Made by a program: the position numbers and the translations under genes. Below the pieces are notes generated by a model that saw only the letters and a list, made by a program, of their open reading frames with translations, was not told the DNA's origin and made no database searches. Positions 26,181 to 38,946 of a stretch of DNA of 51,979 bases are shown here, in pieces (the stretch's first letter is position 1; each line of letters starts with the position of its first letter). The DNA comes from Girardia tigrina (Eukaryota), in the NCBI GenBank assembly GCA_001938485.1, contig MQRK01252331.1:40403-92381 (forward strand), given 5' to 3'.

Positions 26181-26609
26181 TGGTAGACAATTTTTGAAAC
26201 GTATTGTTCCTACTATTTGTGTCGTTTATTTGAGAATATTTTCAGTTAACAAAAACAATAAAAATGATTCCCCAATTAAACTAATTATTTTTAATGAAGA
26301 TTTAAAAAATTAAAAAACTTTCAAATGGTTAATAAAAATTAAAAAGTAAAAAATTAGAAAAAAAATTATGAACATTTGACCGGATAAGATTGATTGTCAG
26401 AATATAATCCCCCGATACTCTCTATTGAAATTGCGGGACGTTTGCTTAAAATTATGACAAGATTTTGAAGCAAATTGTTTTTTTTAACTCCCTTACTGAA
26501 TTTATTGAATAAAAATGTTTTAATTTAATTATTAGTTCTTTTGAAATAGTTTAAATGGAAATTAATCAATTTAAAACATAGAAAAATGAAAATCTAATTA
26601 ACAATTTTT

Positions 26610-26939
26610 TTGAAGGATTCTGAGCCTTTAAAAACTCCTACATTTAAGAGACGTATATTTAGAGTCGTAGGAGATCTTAACATTCCAGGCCACCAGATTC
26701 AATCCTTGACGGACCCCCCGACTATCTCGACGGCGGTGGAGGAAACGATAGGTACTGAAGAAAAACATCTGACTTTTAGGATTGCAGATCTTACCGTTAG
26801 GAGAGAGTTCAGATGTCCCTTTCTCGGCTGTACGAATTCCACGAATACAGCCAAAGGTATGCAGAACCATGGATATACAAACCATGGGTGGTCGTTTCTC
26901 ACAGGGAAGCCGAAAAGATCTCCAGACCGAACTATCTGA
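26610..26939 (+). pseudogene. ORF fragment ending in a C2H2 zinc finger, probably a non-LTR element piece
   Basis: CPFLGC-x12-H-x4-H (CPFLGCTNSTNTAKGMQNHGYTNH), then a stop and a GC-richer UTR-like tail to about 27040. Intronless. Confidence 0.55.
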
Positions 26940-27041
26940 CTCAATAGGAGGCCTATCGGGGTGTTGCTAATGATTCTTTAGTTTGGGTGGACCCTCTAAA
27001 GAGCCTAGAGGCTCAATACCATTAGAAAGAGATGGGAGGTC

Positions 27042-27480
27042 CACATTAAAGAGACAAATCGACATCTGAAAACCGGGATTAGTGAACATTTACAATCAAG
27101 TCGATCGAGTAATGTTTTTGATCATTTGTTACAATGTAAAAATAGAATCTCTTCTCTTTTATTGAATGACTTTTCTATTTAACAGAAGACTTTCATTATG
27201 AGCGAAAGTTTTGTGAATCATTATTAATAAGACACGAAAACCGATTCATAAACATTCAAAATAGACAAAGTAAAGCACTTTAAAATTTTAAAATATTTAA
27301 TTAAATTTTAAAAACATTATGATATTATTATCCAAAGATTTCTTGAATTATTAAAGATAAAACAAAATAATATTCCATTAAATCTAACATTTTTTAAAAC
27401 TAACATTATAACTAATAAATAATAAATTAAAATTGCTGATAATGGAGTATGAATTTTCGAAACATATATAATAATCAATT
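27042..27480 (+). mobile_element. Penelope-like 3' fragment: GIY-YIG C-terminus plus pLTR with mutated hammerhead
   Basis: HIKETNRHLKTGISEHLQ...VFDHLLQC...ERKFCESLLIR. attg-CTGATAA...GAAACATAT at 27432-27470 has a core G>A change. (TA)n follows. Confidence 0.8.
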
Positions 27481-27505
27481 TCTTATTAAAGTTTTAACAA
27501 ATGTA

Positions 27506-27550
<45 letters not shown>

Positions 27551-27572
27551 ATTAGATGAACTGATTTTAATA

Positions 27573-28554
27573 CTAGTAAAGCAAGACAACGTTTACCAAG
27601 CCTTATTCAATAAAAACTATATGAAGCAATAAACGTTTTCATAAAACGAATATATTTTTTTAAAATATATTTTTTAATATCAACATAACTATAGTTTACA
27701 AATGTAATACAAGGTAAAAAAATATGTATGATATTATTTTATTCTTTGGTATATTTCTTATTTGAGTTTCTTAAGAGGGGATTGCTTTCGTTTTTTAAAA
27801 AAAATCAAAGAAAAACGCATTCATTTGCTGAAATAGTTCTTAGTAAGCCGAGCGGTAGAAATCGTCATTTATCAAATAAATATTTTATATTTATTTTCAT
27901 AAAACATTTTCCCGAAATTCCTGGTAGGAATCGAATAAATCGTCATTATTCGAAATCGATGTTGATTTAACAATTTTATGTCCACCGTTTTTTGTCAATT
28001 TCGTCGGCTTTCCGGCGTCTTTCGGCTAAAGCACTGCACTGACAAAACTCTCTTGCTCCGGGCTATCCAGTTGACCATTTTCTTCGTTATTAACATTTAG
28101 CTTTCATTATTAAATTTTCACTGTTATAATTTTTTAGATTTCCATTTTTAATAAAAAAGCTATTTATAAATTAAATGTTGATATTATTTATTAATAACGA
28201 AAATTTTTTATTTATATTAAATTGATTTTTAGCAAATTAATTAGTAAATAAGTGTAAGAAATCGTCATTTATCAAATATATTAGTATTACATTAGTATTT
28301 TGATAAAAACTCTCACGAAATTCCTTGTGGGAATCATCGAAATCGGCATTATTCGAAATCCGTGTTGATATAACAGTCGGCTGACCTGCACGGTTTTTAG
28401 TTCATTTCGTCGGCTTTCCGGTGTCTTTCGGCAGAAGTAATGATAGAACCGTGTTGATGTGGTTTGTCCACATTGACCATGTCATTAAGTTGATTCGCTC
28501 CTGTTCCTCCGTAATTTTGACCATAACGTGACCGACAACAAACAATATAAAAGA
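27573..28554 (-). mobile_element. Helitron-like element with two tandem copies of the family core
   Basis: The core starting AAATCGTCATTTATCAA occurs at about 27859 and 28259. Candidate ends are A|CTAG at 27573 and GA|T at 28554 (A|TC...CTAG|T on minus). The ends are less certain than the core. Confidence 0.5.
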
Positions 28555-29875
28555 TTTAACATTAAAATGTTGTTTTAGGGTAAGAAAGAAGTTGCTTCAA
28601 AATATTAATAAAGTTAATAGTTATATAATATAAATTTATTTAGAAATTCTAAAACACACACATATATATAAATACATATATATATATAAAGGTATAAAAG
28701 AATAATTTTCTTAAATACGCATTATTTCAGTTTTATTTAAAATAAAAAAGAAGAATTGATTGCCAATATTTAATAATTATAATATTTCAAAATTTTCCCA
28801 AAAGAAATCTCACAGGTGAAAAGTTTAAATTTATTAAAATATAATAAAAATAAATGAGAAAAAATGTTTTCAAAAACTTTTCTCGTAATTTGGTTTTCAT
28901 TGAAACCATCGATGCGTTCATGTGTTATCAGATTCAAGAATAATAATAGAGTTGAAGGATAATTAATATACAAAGCATTAAAACAAAAAAAGTATTTTAA
29001 ATATTTTTTTAATTATAAAAATGAAAAAAAATGAAAATAATTTAATTTTTTTTGATAACTTTAAATAAAAAAATCAAATTATTCGTTCCTTTCTGAGTAA
29101 AATATGAATTAACAGATGCTTTTTGATCTCATAACTTGGGTGAATTTCTAGACAAAAAATGTTAACTTCTGAAACGTTAATGCATCATAAAGTAAGAGAA
29201 TGACTGACGTTACAAATTCAATAAAAAATATTTTAATAAATTATTATTTTTTATTTGAAATTTTAAGTAATGAATTGAAGTAAAATCTAAATCCAATTAA
29301 AACTAATATTTAATGCATCAACAATAAGAAATATTTTTTTTCAATTTAAATTACTAATTATTTAAGAATTATTTTTTTTATAAGATACGCTTTTTTTCTT
29401 ATACTTTATATGCAAATAAAAAATTATTACAAAATCAAAAATAAATGACCAAGGAAAACGAATAGAAAAAAATTATCAAAAACTACAAAAAACATTTAAT
29501 TTTTATTTTTCAAGAGTTTCTTTATGTCAGTGATAACAGGGTAAAGATTTAGTTGAAATCAACGATTTTATTTGGATCAGGGATGTCATTAGTTCCTCCT
29601 GAGCCTTTAAATTTTTACTTGATATTAAATGTTTCCGTTTAACTTTTAATATAAGAAGTTATGAAATGGCGAAAAATAATGACGTAGTTTCTTTATATGT
29701 GATCTTTTTTTAAATTATTCTGAATTTATGGAAGAAGGGCATTATTGAAAAACAAATATTTACATATATATATATACAAATTCAATGTTATGAACTATAT
29801 CGTTGATGACCACCCAATATATATATATATATATTTTAATTAAAAACTTTTGCCATATTACCCAATAATACTTTA

Positions 29876-29952
29876 ATAAATAAAAATGTTTAATTTCTTT
29901 GTTACCATTTAAAGTAAATTGTATTTATTAAAATTGTGTAAGATTGTATTAT
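29876..29952 (+). repeat. Partial pLTR of the 363-540 family running into an N gap
   Basis: AATAAATAAAAATGTTTAATTTCTTTGTTACCATTTAAAGTAAATTG... matches 363-436. Confidence 0.8.
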
Positions 29953-30774
29953 NNNNNNNNNNNNNNNNNNNNNNNNNNNNNNNNNNNNNNNNNNNNNNNN
30001 NNNNNNNNNNNNNNNNNNNNNNNNNNNNNNNNNNNNNNNNNNNNNNNNNNNNNNNNNNNNNNNNNNNNNNNNNNNNNNNNNNNNNNNNNNNNNNNNNNNN
30101 NNNNNNNNNNNNNNNNNNNNNNNNNNNNNNNNNNNNNNNNNNNNNNNNNNNNNNNNNNNNNNNNNNNNNNNNNNNNNNNNNNNNNNNNNNNNNNNNNNNN
30201 NNNNNATGGTTTTAAATGCTTTATTAATAATGCCTCAGTGACTATCCTCTCATGATGTGTCAAAATTTTTCTTCAAAACTGTAAATTCAGTTTCATAGTT
30301 AACTTTATCTCTATTTCTGCATTTGTAATGTGATCTAGAATATGATCTATCGAGATATTTCTCAAATAAATCAAAATTTCCATCGGGTGTCCAAGCTAAT
30401 CTAGTATATCAATTTATATGTAACAAGTGTGAATCCTTGTACATTGGAGAAACAAATCGTCATCTCCGCACTAGAATAGCTGAACACACCCAATTGAGTA
30501 GGAATAGCTCGATTCTAGATCACATTAAAAAATGCAGAAATAGAGATAAAGTTAACTATGAAACTGAATTTACAGTTTTGAAGAAAAATTTTGACACATC
30601 ATGAGAGAATAGTCACTGAGGCATTAGCAATAAAGCATTTAAAACCATGCTTAAATGTTCAAAGTGAATTATCCAATCATATTAAAATCTTTTAATATTA
30701 ATTAAATAAAAAAAAATTAATTATGTAATAGTCAATGTGCCATATAAATGACTTGTAATTTTAAATTTACTTCA

Positions 30775-30809
30775 CAACTGATGATGCCGTAATGGTGAAA
30801 CATGTTTTG
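30775..30809 (+). ncRNA. Minimal type I hammerhead ribozyme
   Basis: caa-CTGATGA-t-gcc-gtaat-ggt-GAAA-catGTT-ttg: intact core, short stems, ACATGT palindrome. About 80 bp downstream of the GIY-YIG stop codon. Confidence 0.78.
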
Positions 30810-30882
30810 ACAAATAAAAAACTTTTAAAATGACGTTTGTTATTTATTTTTTTTACAAATAAATTGCCATTAAATCTTAATG

Positions 30883-30934
<52 letters not shown>

Positions 30935-30984
30935 NNNNNNNNNNNNNNNNNNNNNNNNNNNNNNNNNNNNNNNNNNNNNNNNNN

Positions 30985-31015
<31 letters not shown>

Positions 31016-31248
31016 GGTGGTCATCAACGATATAGTTCATCACACAAAATATTTATTAATATAAGAATTAATCATTTCTTCAAACAAATTTATGAGGAAC
31101 GATGTTCTCTTATTTCACACAAACTAGATATCAAAATTACTAATTATAAATATTTGAATATATAAATTTTAATTAAATTATAAATAATTATACATTATAT
31201 ATTACAAATTTTAATATTATAAATTTGTGACTTTTTTAAAGACTCATA

Positions 31249-31845
31249 CAGGTTTGGCTCAAAAGTTTCTGCCGATGAATAAAACTTTCTTAAAATAGTT
31301 CTATGCATTCGCGGTTAATGAAATTTTACCATGTACTCTTTATTAGTTATGGTAACAAGATGTGTTAAAATTTTCACAATTTGAAAAGAACATTTATAAT
31401 AAAATACTTAATGTGTATGAAATTAAACATTGTCTATATCTATTATGAATGTTTTTCGTTTTTCTAGTGAGTATTCGTACTGAAAATGCAGTTTTCTCTA
31501 GAAGATATTAGAAAAATCACTTATTACAACTGAAAGAGAGGACTGTCAACTGCAAATAATCATAAAGAAATCAACTGCATCTTTGGTGAAGGCACAGCTG
31601 GCCTCAGATCATCCTACGATTGGGTAGCAAAATTTATCTGCTGTAATACACAATATTTAACAATGGGCTGACTCAAACCGCAACAATTCTTCTAGGATGG
31701 CATCAACAAATTACCGGGAAGGTGGCAACAGTGCATTGAGTATGATGGTGAATATTTTGAAAACTTATGTGACGTTGATGATTAAATACTTTGTCGATAT
31801 TTATTTGTTATTGAAATTTCGGTAGAAACTTCTGAGCCAAACCTT
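31249..31845 (+). mobile_element. Internally deleted mariner
   Basis: TA|CAGGTTTGGCTCAAAAGTTTCTGCCGA ... TCGGTAGAAACTTCTGAGCCAAACCTT|TA. Retains N-terminal (EINCIFGEGTAG...YDWVAKF) and C-terminal (GINKLPGRWQQCIEYDGEYFE) transposase remnants. Confidence 0.9.
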
Positions 31846-32116
31846 TAAAATTAAATCCAAAAATTTTACTAACTAATCTTCTTTTAATCATAATTTTAAA
31901 TTTTTTTTGTACATAATATTTCACTTTCGTTATTTAACCATACGTCTAAATATTAAATTAATTTTATAGTTATTTTATTATTTGATTATACTCCGTTTTG
32001 AAAATTTTGAGTTATTCTTTAATTTAACTTGAATTATGAAACAAATTATTTTTTAAAATTATTTAGAAAATGTTTTAATTATAAAAAAATTCTCAATAAC
32101 ATTCTGATTTTAAATA

Positions 32117-33297
32117 TATTAAGAACATTTAAACAAGTCTCGTTTGAATTTTTATTACAAACACATTTAGAATCATTACAACTCTCAGAAAGTATTTCAT
32201 CGTTTGTCATTGTGAGATATAAATTAATAATTGTAAAGATTAAAGGTAAACTAACTTAATAATTATTTTATATAACATGGTTCAAAACATTCGAATAATT
32301 AACTCTCCAATGTAAATAAATATGATTTATTAAAATGCCAATTGTTTAAATAATTGGATTATCTCGTGTATATTTTGAATAATTAAATATATTTTTAGAA
32401 TACAATTTTGCGTTATTATTTTCCCTAATAGTCATCATTCTAATTGGTTTTCTTATTTCTATTTTTAATCATCATTATTCAAACATTTTAAAGTCATTTT
32501 TAAAATGTTAAACTTCTAAAAATTATTAAATAAAAAAAAATAATTTTTACCATTTCTCAATAAATCCCAAAATAATAAAAATGTCATCGAATTACTAAAA
32601 ATCTATTTAATTTAAATTTTACTAAAAAATATTAAACTTAATATTAATTGTTAAATTAAAAAAATATGAACTTATAAAATGATTATTTTAATTATGTTTG
32701 AATAGTCAATCACTTTAAATTTAAATAAAAAATACTAATTTCCATCTGGGTGGGAGAATCACCATTCTAAATTCAACATACTTAAATCAACATACCGCAT
32801 CAATACATCTACACATTCAAACAATTTAAAATATTCCTCACATTCCCCTCAGTTTAAATAGCTTTAGCTATTCTACATTTCTGATCAAGATCCTGTCGTT
32901 CTCTAGTAGTATCTCATAACTTCTTCGTGTCTTTGCTTTATAATTTTAGCTGGTCCCATATAACGGTCATCATCTTTTGATGGGTTAACTTTCTTTATCA
33001 ATACTTTTTCTCCGACCTCAAATATTCGCTTTGTTTCAATTGTATTTTTATTTTCTTTTTCTAAAATTTTACCTTCTGTTGTGTTCGTCTACCAATGTCT
33101 GAGTTTTCTCCCGAAGACTATCTCGGCTGGAGATATTCCAGTTGTAGCTTTAATTGTACTGATTAACATGAATTCTATATCTGCCTACATTTCTACCCAA
33201 TCTTTATGCATTTCATCCTTTAATCGTATATTTATGGCGTCTCTTATTGTTCTGAATTGTCTTTCTATGATCCCGTTAGTGTTGTGGTGATAAGGTA
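32117..33297 (-). mobile_element. 3' end of a Ty3/Gypsy element: integrase relic, PPT and 3' LTR (copy 7, 32117-32842)
   Basis: PYHHNTNGIIERQFRTIR...TTGISPAEIVFG...FEVGEKVLIK...FKLRGM*. The polypurine tract GAGGGGAA (32843-32850) directly abuts TGTGAGGAATATTT. The LTR ends GTTCTTAATA. Confidence 0.9.
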
Positions 33298-33447
33298 CAA
33301 ATAGTTCAAAAAGAGACAAAAAAACGAGGGTAGCTTCATTTACCCAATATATTAACTTTCAAAAAATAAAAAAAGTAATGATAATAAATCATGTATTGAT
33401 TTTAATCTCTACTAACAAACCAAAAATAAAATTCAACAGTTTAAATA

Positions 33448-34762
33448 CAGGGGTGGCCATAAGTCGCTTTACCCAGTTTTAATAATAATAAACATAAAAT
33501 TCTAAATTATTTATAAACAAAAATCAGATAAAATTTTTTGTTTTAATAATTATGTATTTAAAAATTTTTAAAATTATTTCATTTTGTTCATTGTTGTTGG
33601 CAATATTGGCATGGCACGACAATTAACACTTCAGTAACGAATTTTTATAGTAAAGCAGTGGATAAAGCATGATAGAAATTCAAGAGCTGTAGCTGCAGCA
33701 TTTGCAAAAGAGTATCCTAATGACGCTCCTCAATCACGACAATCAATGCATGTTTTGGCTAAAAGGTTTCACGAGACCGGCTCTGTAACCGACAAGAGAA
33801 GTGGGTGCCCTAACAATATGAATACCGATGAAAATAAAGAAAATGTTAGAACTTTCTATCCGAATGCGCCATCAACATCTGCAATTCGTGCAAGTTTGCA
33901 GTTGCATATACCAAGCAAGTTTACGTAGAATAATGAAGGACATTGAGTTGAAAGTTTGGCTACCTCGTTTGCTCGATCAAATGAATGATGACGATTATGA
34001 CAGGCGCATAGAATTTTGCGAATGGTAACAGCAACAACTCCATGAGAACATTGACATCAGGGACAGAATAATTTGGACCGACGAAGGTTCATTAAGGTTG
34101 AATGGTCACATTAATTTGCATAATGCCGTGTATTACTCCACTGAGAATCCTCATCTGGTATGGGAGACCAAAAATCTTTTTACAGGAATTTGGGTGTGGG
34201 GAGAAATACGTTCAACTGGTGTGCTGGAACCATACTTCTTTGATGAAACGGTCAATTCTCAGCTATATCTCGACATGCTGCGTGATTTTGCCGTACCTCA
34301 GCTTGACACAGACAACGACAATGCTCCCCCTCATTATGGCAGAAATGTACGCGACTTTTTGGATAACAATTTTGAGATGTGGATCGGCAGGAGAGGAACC
34401 ACTGAATGGCCTCCACGATCATCGGACCTAACACCTTGTGATTATTCAATGCGGGGTATCCTGAAGGAACGCGTTTACTCACAAAATGTTCTAACCATAT
34501 GCGAGTTGAAGGAAAGAATAACTACAGAATTTGCAGCCTTGAACAACGATAAAGACTTTTGCCGTCGAATCTATCACTCTATTCAAAGAAGAATCCAGTT
34601 GTGTATTAAATCTGAAGGACAACACTTGAAGATAAGATTTAATTGTTTTCAAGTTTTTGTTTTGAAATTATTATTGTACGCTGATTAAATAAAAGTTGTA
34701 TCATTTAGAATTTTGTGTTTATTATTATTAAAACTGGTTAAAGCGACTTATGGCCACCCCTG
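33448..34762 (+). mobile_element. Full-length DD40/41D (rosa/Visitor-like) transposon, transposase disrupted
   Basis: TA|CAGGGGTGGCCATAAGTCGCTTTA... TIR of about 60 bp mirrored at ...TAAAGCGACTTATGGCCACCCCTG|TA. Motifs IIWTDE and D-x40-D (DNAPPHY...WPPRSSDLTPCD). Stops and frameshifts follow ATG 33611. Confidence 0.95.
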
Positions 34763-34900
34763 TATATACAGCTAAATCGACTAACTTTCTTTTCAAGGTG
34801 GGTAGACAAAGTTATTCGTAAATATATCTAATTAGAACGGTTTTTTTTTCTTCGTAAGATATGGAAATATAATAAACATTTATAAGTAAACTTCTTTAGT

Positions 34901-34940
<40 letters not shown>

Positions 34941-35207
34941 TATTGCTCGTAATCTTCGGAATCTAAAAGACAAGGTAATAAATAATTCATATTACCTAAT
35001 ATCTTTTACTGTGACTAAATAAACTTTGAAAAATAGAAAGGAAAGACTTCCAAAAGAAAAATGAAAAATTATTCATGAATAATTAAATATTTAAAAATCA
35101 ATTAAACACATTCCTTTCATCTTGGAAAGCATAATTTTTATTTTATGTAATTTTTATAATTTTATACTATATTTTTAATATGATATAGTATAATTGTTCG
35201 GAATGTA

Positions 35208-36059
35208 CTAGGCTGATTCAATAATTTTTTTTCGTTTTTCTTTGCCTTACATTGTGACACTCATTTTAAATGAATATTCTATTTGGAATTATTGATTTTT
35301 ATATTATTTATTATGGTATTGCATGGCGAATCTCCTTGTATAATGTTGTTTTATTCATTAAACGTTTATTTGTTTATTCTTATCAGATTATGGTGAGAGA
35401 AAATTACAGAATTCAAGTTTTTATGATGACACTCTACGTCAAGCTGTAGAGGAGCAACACTGCACCAGCATGCTGAGATTATCGGCAGAGATCAGTCCTT
35501 TACAACCAACTATCCAAAATCATCGTCATCCGCTTGCCCTAGTCATTATACGGTGCCGACAAATTCCTCACGAACTAAGCACAACGACGACTTGATCTCT
35601 GCAAAACATTGCTTCCTCACCCTCATAACATGCGCTTCTTCAAAAGGATCGTGACAGGAGATGAAAAGTGGATATTTTTCCGTAATCCTAACAAGGACAA
35701 TCAGTGGTATGCTCGCCCAACCCGTGGTTTCACTATGACGCTTTGATTGCAAAGTTTTGCTCTATATATCGTGCTTCAGGGGATCAAAATTTTAAAGCCC
35801 CGACCTTGCATCCAGCGACTATAACCCCTTTTGGACAATGGCGCATTTTCTCAAACTGCAGTAGTTCGATTCAGTAGAATATTGCCGCGATTTCTTTGCT
35901 TCAAAAACGATAGAGTTATATACCTGAGGAATCGAGCAACTGGCTGAGAGACCATTGATAATAAAAGCCTATATTTAGAAGAATAAATGTGTTCTGCTTA
36001 CATCTTTGTTATCTGAAAAATATGAGTGGAAAAATAAAAAAACTTTTGAATCAACTTAA
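35208..36059 (+). mobile_element. Decayed, internally deleted mariner
   Basis: TA|CTAGGCTGATTCAA ... TTGAATCAACTTAA ends; remnants RIVTGDEKWIFFRNP and SPDLASSDY...MAHFL. Confidence 0.85.
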
Positions 36060-37421
36060 AAATGAAGTTATTTTTTTATATTTCATTATTGTAACTATTA
36101 TAATTTATATATCGAAATTCCTCTTGTTCCGCCCTATCCCCGAGAACTTGACGAAGTAGCAGACATAGAAATATTTGTAAATGTATACTGACTATAAATT
36201 ATTTAATTATTCTTTGCAATCATTTTGTAAATTATTGGAAGAGAATCATAAGAAGAATTGTTAATAAGGTCTAATTATATATTAATCAGTGTTCAAACAG
36301 CTCAACAAAATTGCTTTAGAGTTTTCAATTAATTTTACATGCAAAATAACAGTCGTTCATTTCACATATATAAGCGGTATAAAAGAGTATAATCATTAAT
36401 TTGAAAGTGACAGTGAAACCGTTGAAAAATATTTTCTTTAAAATTTTGTTGGAAACAAATGTAACCCATTTGATTTCTAACAATTATATAAATTTTACAT
36501 AAAAAGTTTATTTGATCTCTTACAAAATGTTTTTTATCCTTATGTTTGATATTATAACATATAATTAATGTTTTTATGCAAGTCTTAAGTATACAAAAAA
36601 ATAAATTTTAAGTAACAAAGTATAAAATTTATCTCAAATTCTGACACATAAATTTCAATTTTTTAACATATGTAAAATAAATATTCGATTAAGTTTTAAT
36701 TAATTAGTTAATTTTCATAAAAATTAATGTACAGACTAAAGATTCATTGAAGGAAAGTGCAGATTATTTGTTATGGATGGACTCATGTTTTATATTCATT
36801 TAATATTGAATCACGAAGAGATGAACAATTATTATTTTAACTCAAAACATTTTACATTATTTTGATAAAAGAAAATGGAATAAAATCATTTTTAATGACA
36901 ATAAAGGATAATGTGAAAATTTGATCAAAAATTTTATTTAAGGTCTCAAAATTGGAACAAAATGGTACTATCAGAATTCTTGAACAATATAAATATAAAA
37001 AGATCTACTTACAAATTAAAAGTAGTTCATATTACGCAAAAAATAAATTGAAAAATAAATACAATCCAGTAAACCGATTTTAAGTTTAACTAGTAAATCA
37101 AAAAAATATTTTTTTATATCCATGCTTTATGCGGACGGAACTTTGCTTGGCCAACATAATTTTTAATTGTTTTTTTTAAATATTTTTTTAATTAAAATTT
37201 TGTTGGTAAACTAGATGGATACAAAATATTTTTCCCTTGACTTGTTTTTGAAATTATAATAATATATAAATATAATAATATATTTATTTATATATATATA
37301 TATATTAATAATGAACTTTTTATTTGTTTTAATGAATGAAAAAAATGTTTCTTCAGAGTTTATCAGTTAATTTTTGTATGGATCATTTTTTAAATTTGAA
37401 TTTAAATCAACTTTTATTGAA

Positions 37422-37580
37422 ATATCTGGCCATGGTAAAGGTGGGAAAGGATTATGCAAAGGTTATGCTAAGTGTCACAGAAAAGTGTTGATAGAAAACA
37501 TCCAGGGATCACCAAGACGTCCATTAGACGACTGGCGAAAAGGGGTAGTGTCAAGTGATCTACGAAGAAATGGCACAGTG
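37422..37580 (+). pseudogene. H4: Histone H4 pseudogene (N-terminal half)
   Basis: [29 protein letters not shown][fs][16 protein letters not shown][deletion]IYEE versus H4 [54 protein letters not shown]. Start codon lost. Confidence 0.92.
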
Positions 37581-38759
37581 ATGGTTGGATGAAATCTCAA
37601 TTTCGATGAGACAGAAAATAACACATTATATGTCCTACTTGGTTTAATCGCAAAAATTAATTTTTACTAAACATCATTATTTTTACTTTGAATTATAAAT
37701 TATTTTTAAATGTACGGCTTAAATATGACAATTATCGGATTTTCAAAGGTAAAATATGATTCTTATTCAGGAGAAAATATGGCCATAATGTAAATGTTTA
37801 AAGGTGTTTATCTTCATTGTTAGTAGCATTTGTGTCATTTTCATTATCAAAAATTTAAACATTCATATTTATCACAAAATTTTATTAATAACAATTTTAT
37901 AATTCAATCTATTCGACAAAATACATTTATTAAATTTTACTTTCAATTTAATTTGTTAAATTTAACTTATAGTTATAAAATTTATCTTTAAATTATTGTT
38001 TAAATTTTTTTATAAAGTTTTATCATAAAACTATTACATTTAAATTTACTACAAATATTTTATTTAAAAAAAATTATTTCTTAGAAATATTATGAATTTT
38101 AATCCGTTTATTATTTATTTTAAAATTCTTATTTCAAGACCTTTTATTAAAATATATCAATTGTTATTAAAAATGTAAACATTTTTTGTTTTATATAATT
38201 ATTTAATTTCTGTTTGTTTTCTTTTAAAAATCATTTTTTAATTTCAAAACGTTTTGTATTTATTTATTTTTTTTAACTTTTAAATTAAAAAAATTAAATA
38301 AATATTTTGGTGAAGTGTAATTTTTAACTAACTCCTCAAATTCATAATAAATATTTATTGATTATACATATTTTCCTTGGACTTATCTTGAAATAATGTT
38401 GTAGATTACTATAAACCAGAACATTAATGGTCGAAAATCCAGATTTGAGTGTCTTGGATGATGAACCTAATTTCATCTTGCAAGATGCCTTAAAAACCTA
38501 AACACATTAAACATTTAGAGCTAATTAAATGAACATAATCTTGTATTCCACCGTTAGGTCGATATCTTACAGTTCAAAACGCATATGTGAATTCATATGT
38601 ATCTGATATGTTGTAAATGTACAGTTCCAACACAATTAAATTTGAGTAATAAATTTAATTAAATGTAGTTATATATCCCGGTTTTTTAATCGCCCTATAT
38701 TTTTCTACTGTAATTACTTTATTTCGAGAAATTTTTGTTTTTATTAATTATTTATTAAG

Positions 38760-38887
38760 GCCTTTCCAAAAACATTCTTTTTATAATACGTCATGTGTCT
38801 GTCCATTCAACACTATCACTCCAAATACGCCATCTATGATCCGATCTAAGGAGCATTTTGTGTCTAGAATTTGTTCAGCTATCCAAG
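38760..38887 (+). CDS. Host gene internal exon C, second half of EGF-like module (GC donor)
   Basis: tttattaag| ... caag|gcaaat; 128 bp, phase 2-1; PFQKHSFYNTSCVCPFNTITPNTPSMIRSKEHFVSRICSAIQ. Supplies the phase change and the three Cys needed between exons B and D. Confidence 0.75.
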
Positions 38888-38946
38888 GCAAATTCGATTT
38901 TTTTTAATTTTATTAGAAATACGTTTATTTAAATTAATAATTTTAG

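Larger units (their letters stand above)
29790..31040. mobile_element. Penelope-like insertion with inverted pLTR arrangement
   Basis: 30371-30694 (+) translates LVYQFICNKCESLYIGETNRHLRTRIAEH...[fs]HERIVTEALAIKHLKPCLNVQ (GIY-YIG). 30206-30341 is an inverted copy of 30512-30648. 29790-29817 and 31013-31040 form a perfect 28-bp inverted pair beyond (TA)n tracts. Confidence 0.88.

Noticed and set aside
34941-34974. Possible 34-bp exon (tag|TATTGCTCG...GACAAG|gtaata)
   Set aside because: Phase 2-0 would break the frame between exons B and C, it has no Cys pattern, and the acceptor is preceded by (TA)n rather than a pyrimidine tract.
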